Notes under the pieces: model-generated
What the model was told of the DNA's origin: nothing
Database searches by the model: none
What the model saw: the letters and a program-made list of their open reading frames with translations, nothing else
Program-made: the position numbers and the translations under genes
Shown: positions 27,843 to 36,584 of the stretch, one piece after another
How the letters are laid out: each line of letters opens with the position of its first letter
Numbering within the stretch: position 1 is the first letter of the stretch
Assembly (NCBI GenBank): GCA_043807085.1
Contig: JAZDGI010000013.1
Coordinates: 1,607-65,606, forward strand
Length of the DNA: 64,000 nucleotides
Reading direction: 5' to 3'
Source of the DNA: a bacterium
Lineage (GTDB): Bacteria; Patescibacteriota; Minisyncoccia; Minisyncoccales; JAZDGI01

Positions 27843-28453
27843 AACCATTAATTGTTGCTAATTGGAAAATGAATCCTGCTTCTTTAGCTGATGCCAAGAA
27901 GCTTTTTAACGCAGTTAAAAGCACAAGGACAATCATTTGTCCGCCGTTTGTTTATTTGTCTGCCTTAAAAGCCTCTGGATCTCAAGATTGTTTTTGGGAA
28001 AATTCCGGCGCTTTTACCGGAGAAGTTTCTCCGAAGATGTTGAAAGATTTAGGCGTGGAGTATGTCATCCTTGGTCATTCGGAAAGAAGGAGATATCTTG
28101 GAGAAACCAACGAGATGATTGATAAAAAAATAAAAGCGTGTTTGGCTGCCGGCCTTAAGCCGATTTTATGCGTTGAGAAGCCGGAGCAAATTAAAAAATG
28201 GCAAGATATAATTATCGCTTTTGAGCCGGTTTTAGCAATCGGCACGGGCGAGCCATTTGATATTCAAAAAGCTAAAAAAATGCGCGAATCTCTTTTTGGT
28301 TTCCCGGTAGTTTTATACGGCGGCAGCGTTGATTCTAAGAACGCATCAGATTATATAAAAAAAGCCGGTTTTCAAGGTCTTTTAGTCGGGACAGAGTCTC
28401 TTTCGGCCAAAGAGTTTATCAAGATAGCAAAAGCCGTAGATTCTGTTGATTAA
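27839..28453 (+). CDS. tpiA: Triosephosphate isomerase, compact form (204 aa).
   Basis: ANWKMN, GHSERR, EPVLAIGTG and YGGSV motifs. Confidence 0.8.
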   Translation: MKPLIVANWKMNPASLADAKKLFNAVKSTRTIICPPFVYLSALKASGSQDCFWENSGAFTGEVSPKMLKDLGVEYVILGHSERRRYLGETNEMIDKKIKACLAAGLKPILCVEKPEQIKKWQDIIIAFEPVLAIGTGEPFDIQKAKKMRESLFGFPVVLYGGSVDSKNASDYIKKAGFQGLLVGTESLSAKEFIKIAKAVDSVD

Positions 28454-28473
28454 TTTTCTGTTTTGAGTATATA

Positions 28474-28989
28474 ATGCAGGATATGGATAAAGTTTTAGAC
28501 GGCAAGTTTTTTAATCCGACCCGGGGAAACTTAACTCTGCCTGAAGTCATAGGAGAAATGAAAAGCTACATCAAACAAAAGCCAGAGAAATTTTACGATA
28601 TTATTGTCGGTTGCGATTCCTCTTCGTCCGAAACCCCGAATTTTCCTTTGGCTATTGTCGCTTTGAGAGTCGGGGAAGGCGGCAGATTTTTTCTTAAAAA
28701 GATTGGCTATCAAAACAGGATTTTTCATAGCCGCTGGAGAGAGCGAATTTTAGAAGAAGTTTTTTTATCCTGTCAGCTTGCTCTGCATTTGCGCGGGAGC
28801 TTGGAAAAGGCGTTTGATGAGCAAAACTTTAAGTATCAATTCCGCTACATTCATGCTGACGTCGGCGAAAATGGCGCCACCAAGGATATGATTAGAGAGG
28901 TAACTGGTTTAATTCGCGGCAACGGCTTTGAGCCGAAAATCAAACCCGAATCATTTGCCGCATCCAACGTCGCCGACCGGTATAGTTAG
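28474..28989 (+). CDS. Hypothetical protein; possibly an RNase H-like YkuK/DUF458-type protein.
   Basis: 171 aa; vague resemblance only; no firm motif. Confidence 0.3.
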   Translation: MQDMDKVLDGKFFNPTRGNLTLPEVIGEMKSYIKQKPEKFYDIIVGCDSSSSETPNFPLAIVALRVGEGGRFFLKKIGYQNRIFHSRWRERILEEVFLSCQLALHLRGSLEKAFDEQNFKYQFRYIHADVGENGATKDMIREVTGLIRGNGFEPKIKPESFAASNVADRYS

Positions 28990-29012
28990 TTGACATTATT
29001 TCCAGTGAGTTT

Positions 29013-29037
29013 GTTAGACATTGAATGTCCGACAATC
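29013..29037. repeat. REP-like palindrome, degenerate copy (gttagacattgaatgtccgacaatc).
   Basis: Nearly identical over ~25 nt to the copy at 3170-3194 (ttagacgttgaatgtctaacaatc). Confidence 0.5.
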
Positions 29038-29063
29038 AGTCCTTTAAATAAACAAAAAACGGC

Positions 29064-29092
29064 TTGAAGTTATCTCCCCGTGTCGGTAGAAT
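29064..29092 (+). promoter_or_regulatory. Candidate promoter TTGAAG-17-TAGAAT. The alaS ATG at 29099 would be leaderless.
   Basis: Hexamers and spacing seen; -10 ends 6 nt before the ATG. Confidence 0.4.
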
Positions 29093-29098
29093 AGAATA

Positions 29099-30826
29099 AT
29101 GACCTCTTCAGGGCTAAGAGAAAAGTTTTTGGAATTTTTTGAGAAAAACGGGCATGCTATTATACCTTCAGCTTCTTTAGTTCCGGAGAATGATCCAACC
29201 GTGCTTTTTACCACGGCCGGCATGCACCCATTGGTGCCTTTTTTGTTGGGAGAAAAACATCCGGCCGGCAAAAGGCTGGCTAATTTTCAGGCCTGCGTGC
29301 GCACCGACGATATTGAGGAGGTGGGAGATGAAACGCACCATACTTTTTTTGAGATGCTAGGCAACTGGTCGCTGGGAGATTACTTTAAAGAAAAAGCGAT
29401 AAAATTAAGTTTTGAATTTTTGACGGCAAAAGATTGGCTCGGTTTGGCAAAAGAAAAATTAGCTGTTTCTGTTTTTGCGGGAGACAACGACGCGTCAAAA
29501 GATGAAGAGTCAAAAAAAATCTGGCTTAGTCTGGGCGTTCCCGAGGCGCTGATCAAAGAGCTTTCAAGGAAAGATAATTGGTGGGGGCCAGCTGGCGCAA
29601 CCGGGCCCTGTGGCCCTGACACGGAAATATTCTATTGGGCGGGCCGTGAGTCGGTTCCCGAAGAATTTAATCCGGAAGATAAACACTGGGTGGAAATATG
29701 GAACGATGTTTTTATGGAGTATTTTAAGAATAAAGAAGGGAAATACGAACCGCTTTCTCAAAAAAATGTTGACACCGGTATGGGCATGGAAAGAACGTTG
29801 GCGGCGCTTAACGGCTTTGACGATAATTATAAAACAGATATATTTTGGCCGATTGTTGAGGAGATAGAAAAATTGTCCGGCGGAAAAAAGTATGAAGAGA
29901 ATAAAAAAGAGCTCCGCATAATTGCCGACCATATTAAAGCCGCGGTTTTTTTGATTGCGGATGGAATTTTGCCTTCCAATGCGGAGAGGGGATATGTTTT
30001 GAGGAGGATTTTAAGAAGAGCGATCAGATACGGAAAATTACTCGGCTTTGCCGAGCAATTCCTGATTCCGCTGGCGCAGAAAGTTGTTGAAATTTATCAA
30101 GACGTTTATCCGGAAGTTAAGGCAAAAGAAAATGATATTCTGAATGTTATTCTGGTTGAGGAAGAAAAATTTGAAAAAACATTAGAGGATGGGCTAAAAC
30201 AATTTGAAAGAGGGCTGGACGCTTTTGAGCTATATACAACTTATGGTTTTCCCATAGAGCTGACAATAGAGCTAGCTAAAGAAAGAGGCAAAAGCGTTGA
30301 CACGGAAGAGTTTAATAAAAAATTTAAAGAGCACCAGGAGCTTTCCAGGACAGCTTCCGCCGGAATGTTTAAGGGGGGATTGGCCGACACCGGGGAAACG
30401 GCCACCAGATATCATACTGCTACGCACCTGCTATTGGCTTCTTTGCGGCAAATTTTAGACCCGGAGACTTATCAAAAAGGCAGCAATATAACAGCCGAAC
30501 GTTTAAGATTTGATTTCAATTATTCCCAAAAATTGACCGAAGCGCAGATTAAGCAAGTCGAAGATTTAGTTAACCAGAAGATTCAAGAAGACATAAAGGT
30601 TGAAATGATTGAAATGCCCAAAGACGAGGCAATTAAAATCGCTAAAATTTCTTTTGATCCTGCCAAATACGGCGAGATCGTCAAAGTTTATAAAATCGGC
30701 GATTTCAGCATTGAACTTTGCGGCGGGCCGCATATTGACAGAACGGGAAAGCTGGGGAAATTTAAGATTGTTAAGGAAGAGGCGTCAAGCGACGGTGTTA
30801 GAAGAATTCGGGCAATTTTGGAATAA
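29099..30826 (+). CDS. alaS: Alanyl-tRNA synthetase, short form (575 aa) with catalytic and editing domains and no C-Ala domain.
   Basis: FTTAGM; GNWSLGDYFK; HTATHLL editing-domain zinc motif; ends right after CGGPH. Confidence 0.85.
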   Translation: MTSSGLREKFLEFFEKNGHAIIPSASLVPENDPTVLFTTAGMHPLVPFLLGEKHPAGKRLANFQACVRTDDIEEVGDETHHTFFEMLGNWSLGDYFKEKAIKLSFEFLTAKDWLGLAKEKLAVSVFAGDNDASKDEESKKIWLSLGVPEALIKELSRKDNWWGPAGATGPCGPDTEIFYWAGRESVPEEFNPEDKHWVEIWNDVFMEYFKNKEGKYEPLSQKNVDTGMGMERTLAALNGFDDNYKTDIFWPIVEEIEKLSGGKKYEENKKELRIIADHIKAAVFLIADGILPSNAERGYVLRRILRRAIRYGKLLGFAEQFLIPLAQKVVEIYQDVYPEVKAKENDILNVILVEEEKFEKTLEDGLKQFERGLDAFELYTTYGFPIELTIELAKERGKSVDTEEFNKKFKEHQELSRTASAGMFKGGLADTGETATRYHTATHLLLASLRQILDPETYQKGSNITAERLRFDFNYSQKLTEAQIKQVEDLVNQKIQEDIKVEMIEMPKDEAIKIAKISFDPAKYGEIVKVYKIGDFSIELCGGPHIDRTGKLGKFKIVKEEASSDGVRRIRAILE

Positions 30827-30857
30827 GCCCCTTATTTGTTATAATAAAAAGACCATT

Positions 30858-32096
30858 ATGCCAAAAAAGATAATTGATATTATGCCTCCGGGAATAGAAA
30901 GCTCCGGCCGTAAAAAAAAATCGGCCGAGGTTTTGCCAGAAAGCGGAGCAAAGCCGTCTTTTAAGATATTTTTTAGCAAAAAATTCTATTTAATAATCGC
31001 TTTTTTGGCGTTGGCGGGAGCCGCGGCTTTTTTTAGCCAAAGCCGGGCTGAAATAAGAATTTTTCCGGCAACGGAAGATTTGACCTTTGAAACAAAATTA
31101 AGCGTAGCCAGCAACGGCTTGGCAGAGTTGGCCGGCGTTATTTTTGAAGAAGAAAAGACGGTGACGAAAGAATTCTTAGCTACCGGGAAAAAAGTCATAG
31201 AAAAGAAAGCTGAAGGCACGATCAGGATTTATAACAATTATCATTCAAGTCAGGCATTAGTGGCGAACACTCGGCTGCAGGCTACTTTGGAAAAATTTCA
31301 GCCAGCTTTGGAAAAAGACGAGAAGCCGTGGTTCAGAATTGTATCAGCGGTCACGATTCCGGCCAAGAGTTATGTTGACGTCAAGGTTGTCGCTGACAGT
31401 TCCGGCGAAAAATACAATATCAAGTCTTCAAAGTTTTCCGTTCCTGGATTAGCGGGAACCCCTCAATATACCCTGATTTACGGCGAATCGTTTCAGGATT
31501 TCCAAGGAGGGAGTCGAAAAGAAAGCCCTCAAATTTCAGCCGCTGACCTGGCAAAAGCAAAAGATGAAATTTCTCAAATAGCCAAAGAGGCAAGCGTATC
31601 CCAGCTTAAAGAAAAGATTCCGGCCGATTTTACCTATTTTGAGGACGCTTTTAAGACAGAAGCTTTAGAAACATTTTCTATTTCTAAGGCGCTTGACGAA
31701 TCGGAAAAATTCAATTATCAGGCCAAAGCCAAAGCAAAAACCATGGCTGTTAAAAAAACCGACTCGGATAATTTTGCCAAAGAATTTGTTCTTTCTGAAA
31801 TCGGAGACAAAAAAATTGACGAAAAAAATCTAAAAATCAATTATTCTTTATATTCAATTGATAACCAGTTGAACAAAATGATGCTGGCGCTTGACATAGA
31901 TTCAATAGTTTACTCCCTGGGCGGCGATGAGGATTTGTTGAAAAAAAATCTTTCCGGGAAATCTCTGGCCGACGCTAAATATTTCCTGGAAAATCAGTCA
32001 GGGAGCATAAAAGAGGCAAAAATTAAAGTCTGGCCGTTTTGGGCGAACTCTCTTCCAAAAGACTTGACCAAAATAAAGATTTTTGTTAATATCTAA
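30858..32096 (+). CDS. Hypothetical membrane-anchored protein (412 aa). Start chosen at MPKKIID, after the alaS stop.
   Basis: N-terminal transmembrane segment; the ORF-track extension overlaps alaS in another frame. Confidence 0.5.
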   Translation: MPKKIIDIMPPGIESSGRKKKSAEVLPESGAKPSFKIFFSKKFYLIIAFLALAGAAAFFSQSRAEIRIFPATEDLTFETKLSVASNGLAELAGVIFEEEKTVTKEFLATGKKVIEKKAEGTIRIYNNYHSSQALVANTRLQATLEKFQPALEKDEKPWFRIVSAVTIPAKSYVDVKVVADSSGEKYNIKSSKFSVPGLAGTPQYTLIYGESFQDFQGGSRKESPQISAADLAKAKDEISQIAKEASVSQLKEKIPADFTYFEDAFKTEALETFSISKALDESEKFNYQAKAKAKTMAVKKTDSDNFAKEFVLSEIGDKKIDEKNLKINYSLYSIDNQLNKMMLALDIDSIVYSLGGDEDLLKKNLSGKSLADAKYFLENQSGSIKEAKIKVWPFWANSLPKDLTKIKIFVNI

Positions 32097-32320
32097 TGGT
32101 GAATCAAAACCCCAAGGCTTTTAGGGCGTCAGGAACCGTAATCGAGGCTTTACCGAGCACTAATTTCAAAGTGAAGCTGGATGACGGGAGGGAGGTTTTT
32201 TGCCATTTAGCCGGAAGACTGAGAATGTTCCGGATTAAAATTTTGCCCGGGGATAGGGTTCAGATTGAGATGACGCCGTACGATGAGACAAAGGGTAGGA
32301 TAGTCTATCGCGGCAGGTAA
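32096..32320 (+). CDS. infA: Translation initiation factor IF-1.
   Basis: 74 aa; S1-like domain; [16 protein letters not shown]. Confidence 0.9.
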   Translation: MVNQNPKAFRASGTVIEALPSTNFKVKLDDGREVFCHLAGRLRMFRIKILPGDRVQIEMTPYDETKGRIVYRGR

Positions 32321-32334
32321 TTCGTATTTGAAGT

Positions 32335-32448
32335 ATGAAAGTTAGGCCATCAATAAAAAAGATTTGCAGTCATTGCAAAATTGTTCGCCGAAAAAGGCGA
32401 ATTTATGTAATTTGCAAAAATCCTAAACATAAACAGCGCCAAGGATAA
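32335..32448 (+). CDS. rpmJ: 50S ribosomal protein L36 (37 aa), not in the ORF track.
   Basis: Hand translation gives [37 protein letters not shown] (C3H zinc ribbon). Confidence 0.85.
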   Translation: MKVRPSIKKICSHCKIVRRKRRIYVICKNPKHKQRQG

Positions 32449-32452
32449 AATT

Positions 32453-32842
32453 ATGCCAAGAATCGGCGGGGTGAACATCCCCGACAACAAACAAATAGAA
32501 TTTGCTTTAACTTATATTTACGGCATAGGCCGCTCTTTAAGCAGAAAAATTTTAAGCGCGGTCAAGGTTGATCCGGCGGCTCGCGCCAAAGATCTTACCG
32601 CTGACCAAATAAATCAGCTGAAAGATTTTATTGAAAAAAAATATAAAACAGAAGGAGATCTTCGGCGTGAAATAATGGCCAACATAAAAAGATTAAAAGA
32701 CATTTCAGCTTGGCGGGGGTTGCGTCATATGAGAAAATTGCCGGTCAGGGGACAGAGGACGCGGACCAATACCAGGACTGTGAGGGGAAATGTCCGCAAA
32801 ACAGTGGGGTCGGGCCGCAAACCGGCGGCCGAGCCGACGTAA
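32453..32842 (+). CDS. rpsM: 30S ribosomal protein S13.
   Basis: 129 aa; MPRIGGVNIP. Confidence 0.9.
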   Translation: MPRIGGVNIPDNKQIEFALTYIYGIGRSLSRKILSAVKVDPAARAKDLTADQINQLKDFIEKKYKTEGDLRREIMANIKRLKDISAWRGLRHMRKLPVRGQRTRTNTRTVRGNVRKTVGSGRKPAAEPT

Positions 32843-32849
32843 AACATTT

Positions 32850-33290
32850 ATGGGTAAAAAGCATGTAATTGCGCAGACTCAAGAAGACCTGTTGAAAGAA
32901 AAAGATAAAGTGGTAAAGCAGCAAACAGCCGCTCCTAAAATTCAAATTCAGGAGGGGCGAATTTATATTTTTTCATCTTATAACAACACTATTATGAACC
33001 TGACCGATCCGCGGGGCAATAGCTTGTTTTGGGTAAGTTCTGGTTCAATTGGTTTTAAGGGAAGCAAAAAATCCACGCCTTTCGCCGCTTCAAAAGTCGC
33101 TGAAATGGTGTCGGAAGCCGCTAAAAAATTGGGAGTGAAAGAAATAAAAGTTTTTGTAAAGGGAATCGGATCGGGAAGAGAGTCGGCTATCAGGTCTTTG
33201 GCGGCTAGGGGACTGGAAATAATTTCAATTAAAGATATCACTCCGATGCCTCACAACGGGTGCCGACCGCCCAAAGTAAGGCGCGTTTAA
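32850..33290 (+). CDS. rpsK: 30S ribosomal protein S11. Start chosen at MGKKHV.
   Basis: S11 core; position. Confidence 0.9.
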   Translation: MGKKHVIAQTQEDLLKEKDKVVKQQTAAPKIQIQEGRIYIFSSYNNTIMNLTDPRGNSLFWVSSGSIGFKGSKKSTPFAASKVAEMVSEAAKKLGVKEIKVFVKGIGSGRESAIRSLAARGLEIISIKDITPMPHNGCRPPKVRRV

Positions 33291-33302
33291 TCATATATTT
33301 TT

Positions 33303-33932
33303 ATGCAAAGTTCACTTTGTCAAACTTGCCGCCGTTCTGGGATTAAACTCTTTTTGAAGGGCGAGCGTTGCGTTACGGCAAAATGCGCGATCATAAAAAG
33401 GCATGACCCGCCGGGTCCTAGAAAAAAAAGGCGGCCAGCTCCGCTTTCTGAATACGGGAAACAGCTCAGAGAAAAGCAAAAGTTAAAAAATTGGTATAAT
33501 TTAAGAGAGCAGCAGCTATCAAACTACGTAAAGGCGGCTCTCAAAAAGAGGGGCAGTTCCGAGGATCCGATAGTCTTATTAATTAAAACTTTGGAAGGTC
33601 GTTTAGATAATGTGATTTTCCGTTTAGGGTTTGCCATTTCTCGCAAGATGGCAAAGCAAATGGTTACCCACGGACTTTTTTTAGTTAACGGGAAGCCGGC
33701 TAATATCCCTTCGTATCAAGTAAAAAAGAGCGATATCGTTTCGGCAAAGGCTGCTAAAATAAAAAAATCAATTTTCCAGAAGATATCAGGTCAGCTGAAA
33801 AAACACAAAGCTCCTTCTTGGCTTGAATTAAACGCGGAAAAATGGGAAGGGAAAGTTGTTTCAGATCCCATAGCCGATACGGCCGAGCTGCCAGCGGAAA
33901 TATCCTCAATTTTTGAATTTTATTCGCGATAA
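33303..33932 (+). CDS. rpsD: 30S ribosomal protein S4, zinc-finger type.
   Basis: CQTC...C..C N-terminal finger; S4 domain. Confidence 0.9.
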   Translation: MQSSLCQTCRRSGIKLFLKGERCVTAKCAIIKRHDPPGPRKKRRPAPLSEYGKQLREKQKLKNWYNLREQQLSNYVKAALKKRGSSEDPIVLLIKTLEGRLDNVIFRLGFAISRKMAKQMVTHGLFLVNGKPANIPSYQVKKSDIVSAKAAKIKKSIFQKISGQLKKHKAPSWLELNAEKWEGKVVSDPIADTAELPAEISSIFEFYSR

Positions 33933-33962
33933 TAAATATAATCACCTAATAATTATAATTTT

Positions 33963-34739
33963 ATGATATCATTGCCGCTCAAGCCAAAAATTATCAAAAG
34001 AGACGGAAATCGGGCAGTTTTTGAAATTGAAGCCCTTTATCCGGGATACGGGGTTACTATAGGGAATTCAATGAGAAGGATTCTTCTTTCTTCTCTGGAG
34101 GGCGCCGCGGTTACTCAAATGAAAATCAAAAACGTTCCGCACGAATTTTCAACTATCGCTGGGATAATAGAGGACGCGGTCACGATTATGCTTAATTTGA
34201 AGCAGTTAAGATTTAAAATTTTCAGCCCCGAGCCCCAAAAGGCGGTTTTAAAAGCAAAAGGCGAAAAAAGAGTAAAAGGTTCTGATTTTGAAATTCCGGC
34301 CCAATTGGAGCTAGTAAATCCCGATTGCCACATTGCGACATTAACCCAAAAATCGGCCGAGCTGGAAATAGAGATTTTGGTTGAAAAAGGGATAGGTTAT
34401 TCGCCCAGAGACGGAAGAAAGAAGCAGGAAAAGGTGGAGATTGGAACTATTCCGGTTGACGCAATTTTTACGCCGATAAAGAGGGTGGGGTTTCGGGTGG
34501 AAAATATGAGAGTGGGAGAGCGAACAGATTTTGATCGGCTTTTTTTGGAAATTGAAACCGACGGCGTAGTCGCGCCCGAGGATGCTTTCTCGCAAGCGGC
34601 TGAAATCCTGCTTAATCATTTTTCGCTGTTTGCCGAGGCGTTTAAGAAAGAGCCCAAAACAGAGTCAGCTGGAACCGTTGCCAAGAAAAAACCATTAAAG
34701 AAAAAAAATGAGAAAAAGAAAAAGGGGAAGAAGGCTTAG
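33963..34739 (+). CDS. rpoA: DNA-directed RNA polymerase alpha subunit, N-terminal domain only (258 aa), with a Lys-rich tail.
   Basis: Alpha NTD blocks; ends KKKPLKKKNEKKKKGKKA; no alpha-CTD helix-hairpin-helix. Confidence 0.85.
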   Translation: MISLPLKPKIIKRDGNRAVFEIEALYPGYGVTIGNSMRRILLSSLEGAAVTQMKIKNVPHEFSTIAGIIEDAVTIMLNLKQLRFKIFSPEPQKAVLKAKGEKRVKGSDFEIPAQLELVNPDCHIATLTQKSAELEIEILVEKGIGYSPRDGRKKQEKVEIGTIPVDAIFTPIKRVGFRVENMRVGERTDFDRLFLEIETDGVVAPEDAFSQAAEILLNHFSLFAEAFKKEPKTESAGTVAKKKPLKKKNEKKKKGKKA

Positions 34740-35058
34740 CTTAAAAACGGATCAAAGAAAAGCGCTTTTGCGTTCTTTGGCCAGTTCTCTTTTTTTGAAA
34801 GAGAAAATCACGACTACTTACGCCCGGGCAAAAGAGTTGGCTATTTTTGCTGAAAAACAAATAACAAGAGCAAAGATCGGCGACCTTTCCGGTCGAAGGA
34901 GGCTTGCCGAGAAATTTTCTGAAAATATTGTAAAAAAGCTGATTAAAGAATTTGCGTTAAGGTACAAGGAAAGAAAAGGCGGCTATACCAGGATTATCAA
35001 CTTAGGCCCCAGAAAAAGCGACGGAGCGAAAATGGCCATTATTGAGCTGATTAAATAA
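34708..35058 (+). CDS. rplQ: 50S ribosomal protein L17.
   Basis: MRKRKRGRRLSL...; overlaps the rpoA tail by 32 nt. Confidence 0.85.
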   Translation: MRKRKRGRRLSLKTDQRKALLRSLASSLFLKEKITTTYARAKELAIFAEKQITRAKIGDLSGRRRLAEKFSENIVKKLIKEFALRYKERKGGYTRIINLGPRKSDGAKMAIIELIK

Positions 35059-35405
35059 TGAAACGTGAAACTCGTACAATTGACGCAACGGGCGTGGTAT
35101 TAGGCAGACTAGCAAGTGAAATCGCGGTTTTATTGCGCGGCAAATACCGGCCCGATTTTTATCCCTATAAGGATATGGGAGATATTGTCATTGTGAAGAA
35201 TGCGGATAAAATGAAAATAACCGGCAACAAGCTTGAGCAAAAAAAATATTTCCGCCATTCCGAATGGCTTGGCAGCTCAAAAGAAATTTCTTTGAAGGAC
35301 GTCCTTAAGAAAAATCCAGGAGACGCTTTAAGAAGGGCTGTATTGGGTATGTTGCCAAAAAATAAATTGCAAGACAAAATGATAAAGAGGCTAAAATTTG
35401 AATAA
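35058..35405 (+). CDS. rplM: 50S ribosomal protein L13.
   Basis: 115 aa; L13 blocks. Confidence 0.9.
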   Translation: MKRETRTIDATGVVLGRLASEIAVLLRGKYRPDFYPYKDMGDIVIVKNADKMKITGNKLEQKKYFRHSEWLGSSKEISLKDVLKKNPGDALRRAVLGMLPKNKLQDKMIKRLKFE

Positions 35406-35408
35406 AAA

Positions 35409-35846
35409 ATGGTTACTAAGAAAATTTCAGCAAAAAAAATTGAAGCGGAAAAGCCGGGCAAATATTTTGGAGCGACAGGCCGCCGGAAAACCGCTACGGC
35501 CAGGGTCCGTATTTTCACTAAAAACGGCAAGTTTTTTTTGGTTAATAAAAAACCGGCAGAAAAATATTTTTCTACCCTGGAGCTTCAGCGGGTAGTTAAG
35601 GCCGCGTTGGAAAAGATGGATTGCCTTGATAAATTTAGCGTTGAAGCCTTAGTAAGAGGCGGCGGACTTCATGCTCAAGCGGAAGCCATAAGGCATGGTC
35701 TGGCCAGAGCTTTGGTTTTGTTTGACGCCAGCTTCAGGCCGCAATTAAAAAGGGCCGGTTATCTGAAAAGAGACCCCAGGATGCGGGAGAGAAAGAAATT
35801 CGGCCTAAAAAGGGCAAGGCGTGCGCCTCAATTTTCAAAGCGGTAA
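35409..35846 (+). CDS. rpsI: 30S ribosomal protein S9.
   Basis: 145 aa; GGGLHAQAEAIRHGLARAL; C-terminal KR. Confidence 0.9.
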   Translation: MVTKKISAKKIEAEKPGKYFGATGRRKTATARVRIFTKNGKFFLVNKKPAEKYFSTLELQRVVKAALEKMDCLDKFSVEALVRGGGLHAQAEAIRHGLARALVLFDASFRPQLKRAGYLKRDPRMRERKKFGLKRARRAPQFSKR

Positions 35847-35863
35847 GCATCAGCGTATCGGCG

Positions 35864-36562
35864 TTGAGTATTATGCTCAGGGAATTTATAGATAAATTTT
35901 ATTTGGAGAAAGAAAGATCTAAAGAACAGCGCCATTTTTATATTACGGACGCCGGGAAATGCCCTCGGGCGATTTTTTTTAAATTCAAAAACGCTCCCCG
36001 TAAGGAAATGGAGGCTAACATTTTAAGGATGTTTGATCACGGGGACCATATCCACCAGATGATTATGAAGCCCCTGCTTTCAATCCATGATATTCATGTG
36101 GTCGCCTCAGAAATAAATATTCCGCCTCAAGAGCTGATTTCAGGAAGAGCCGATGCTATAATTTCCGATGGCAAGGATTTATATGTTTTAGATATCAAAA
36201 GCATGAACTCCATGATTTTTCGGACTTTGGAATTTCCCAAAGAGGAAAACATCAATCAGCTTCAGCTTTATTTGCATTATTTTAGAATCCCTCAAGGGAT
36301 TTTGCTGTACGTCAGCAAAGACAATCAGGAATTGAAAGAATTTTTAGTGAAGTACGACAGAGATCGATCTGAAAAGCTTATTGCTAATTTAGCCGATCTA
36401 AAAAACAAAATTAATTCCGATATTGTTCCTGACAGAATTTCCGGATATTCGGACGATTGGCAGTGCAGATACTGCCAGTTTAGAGAAATTTGCCAAATGG
36501 CGGGTTCCGGGCAAATAGCCTGGTCCAATTTCAAAGATCGCGTCGTTAGCGTCTCTGCTTGA
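35864..36562 (+). CDS. Cas4-like / RecB-family PD-(D/E)XK nuclease with an Fe-S cluster; stand-alone.
   Basis: N-terminal Cys (GKCPRA); GRADAIISDG...LDIKS (D, ExK); QLQLY (QxxxY); C-terminal CRYCQFREIC. Confidence 0.65.
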   Translation: MSIMLREFIDKFYLEKERSKEQRHFYITDAGKCPRAIFFKFKNAPRKEMEANILRMFDHGDHIHQMIMKPLLSIHDIHVVASEINIPPQELISGRADAIISDGKDLYVLDIKSMNSMIFRTLEFPKEENINQLQLYLHYFRIPQGILLYVSKDNQELKEFLVKYDRDRSEKLIANLADLKNKINSDIVPDRISGYSDDWQCRYCQFREICQMAGSGQIAWSNFKDRVVSVSA

Positions 36563-36584
36563 TTGAGCCGAACAGGCTCTTTTT

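Noticed and set aside
30609-30857. N-terminal 83-aa extension of the ORF starting at 30609.
   Set aside because: It overlaps the last 218 nt of alaS in another frame. An ATG at 30858, right after the alaS stop, gives a protein starting with a plausible N-terminus and transmembrane segment.
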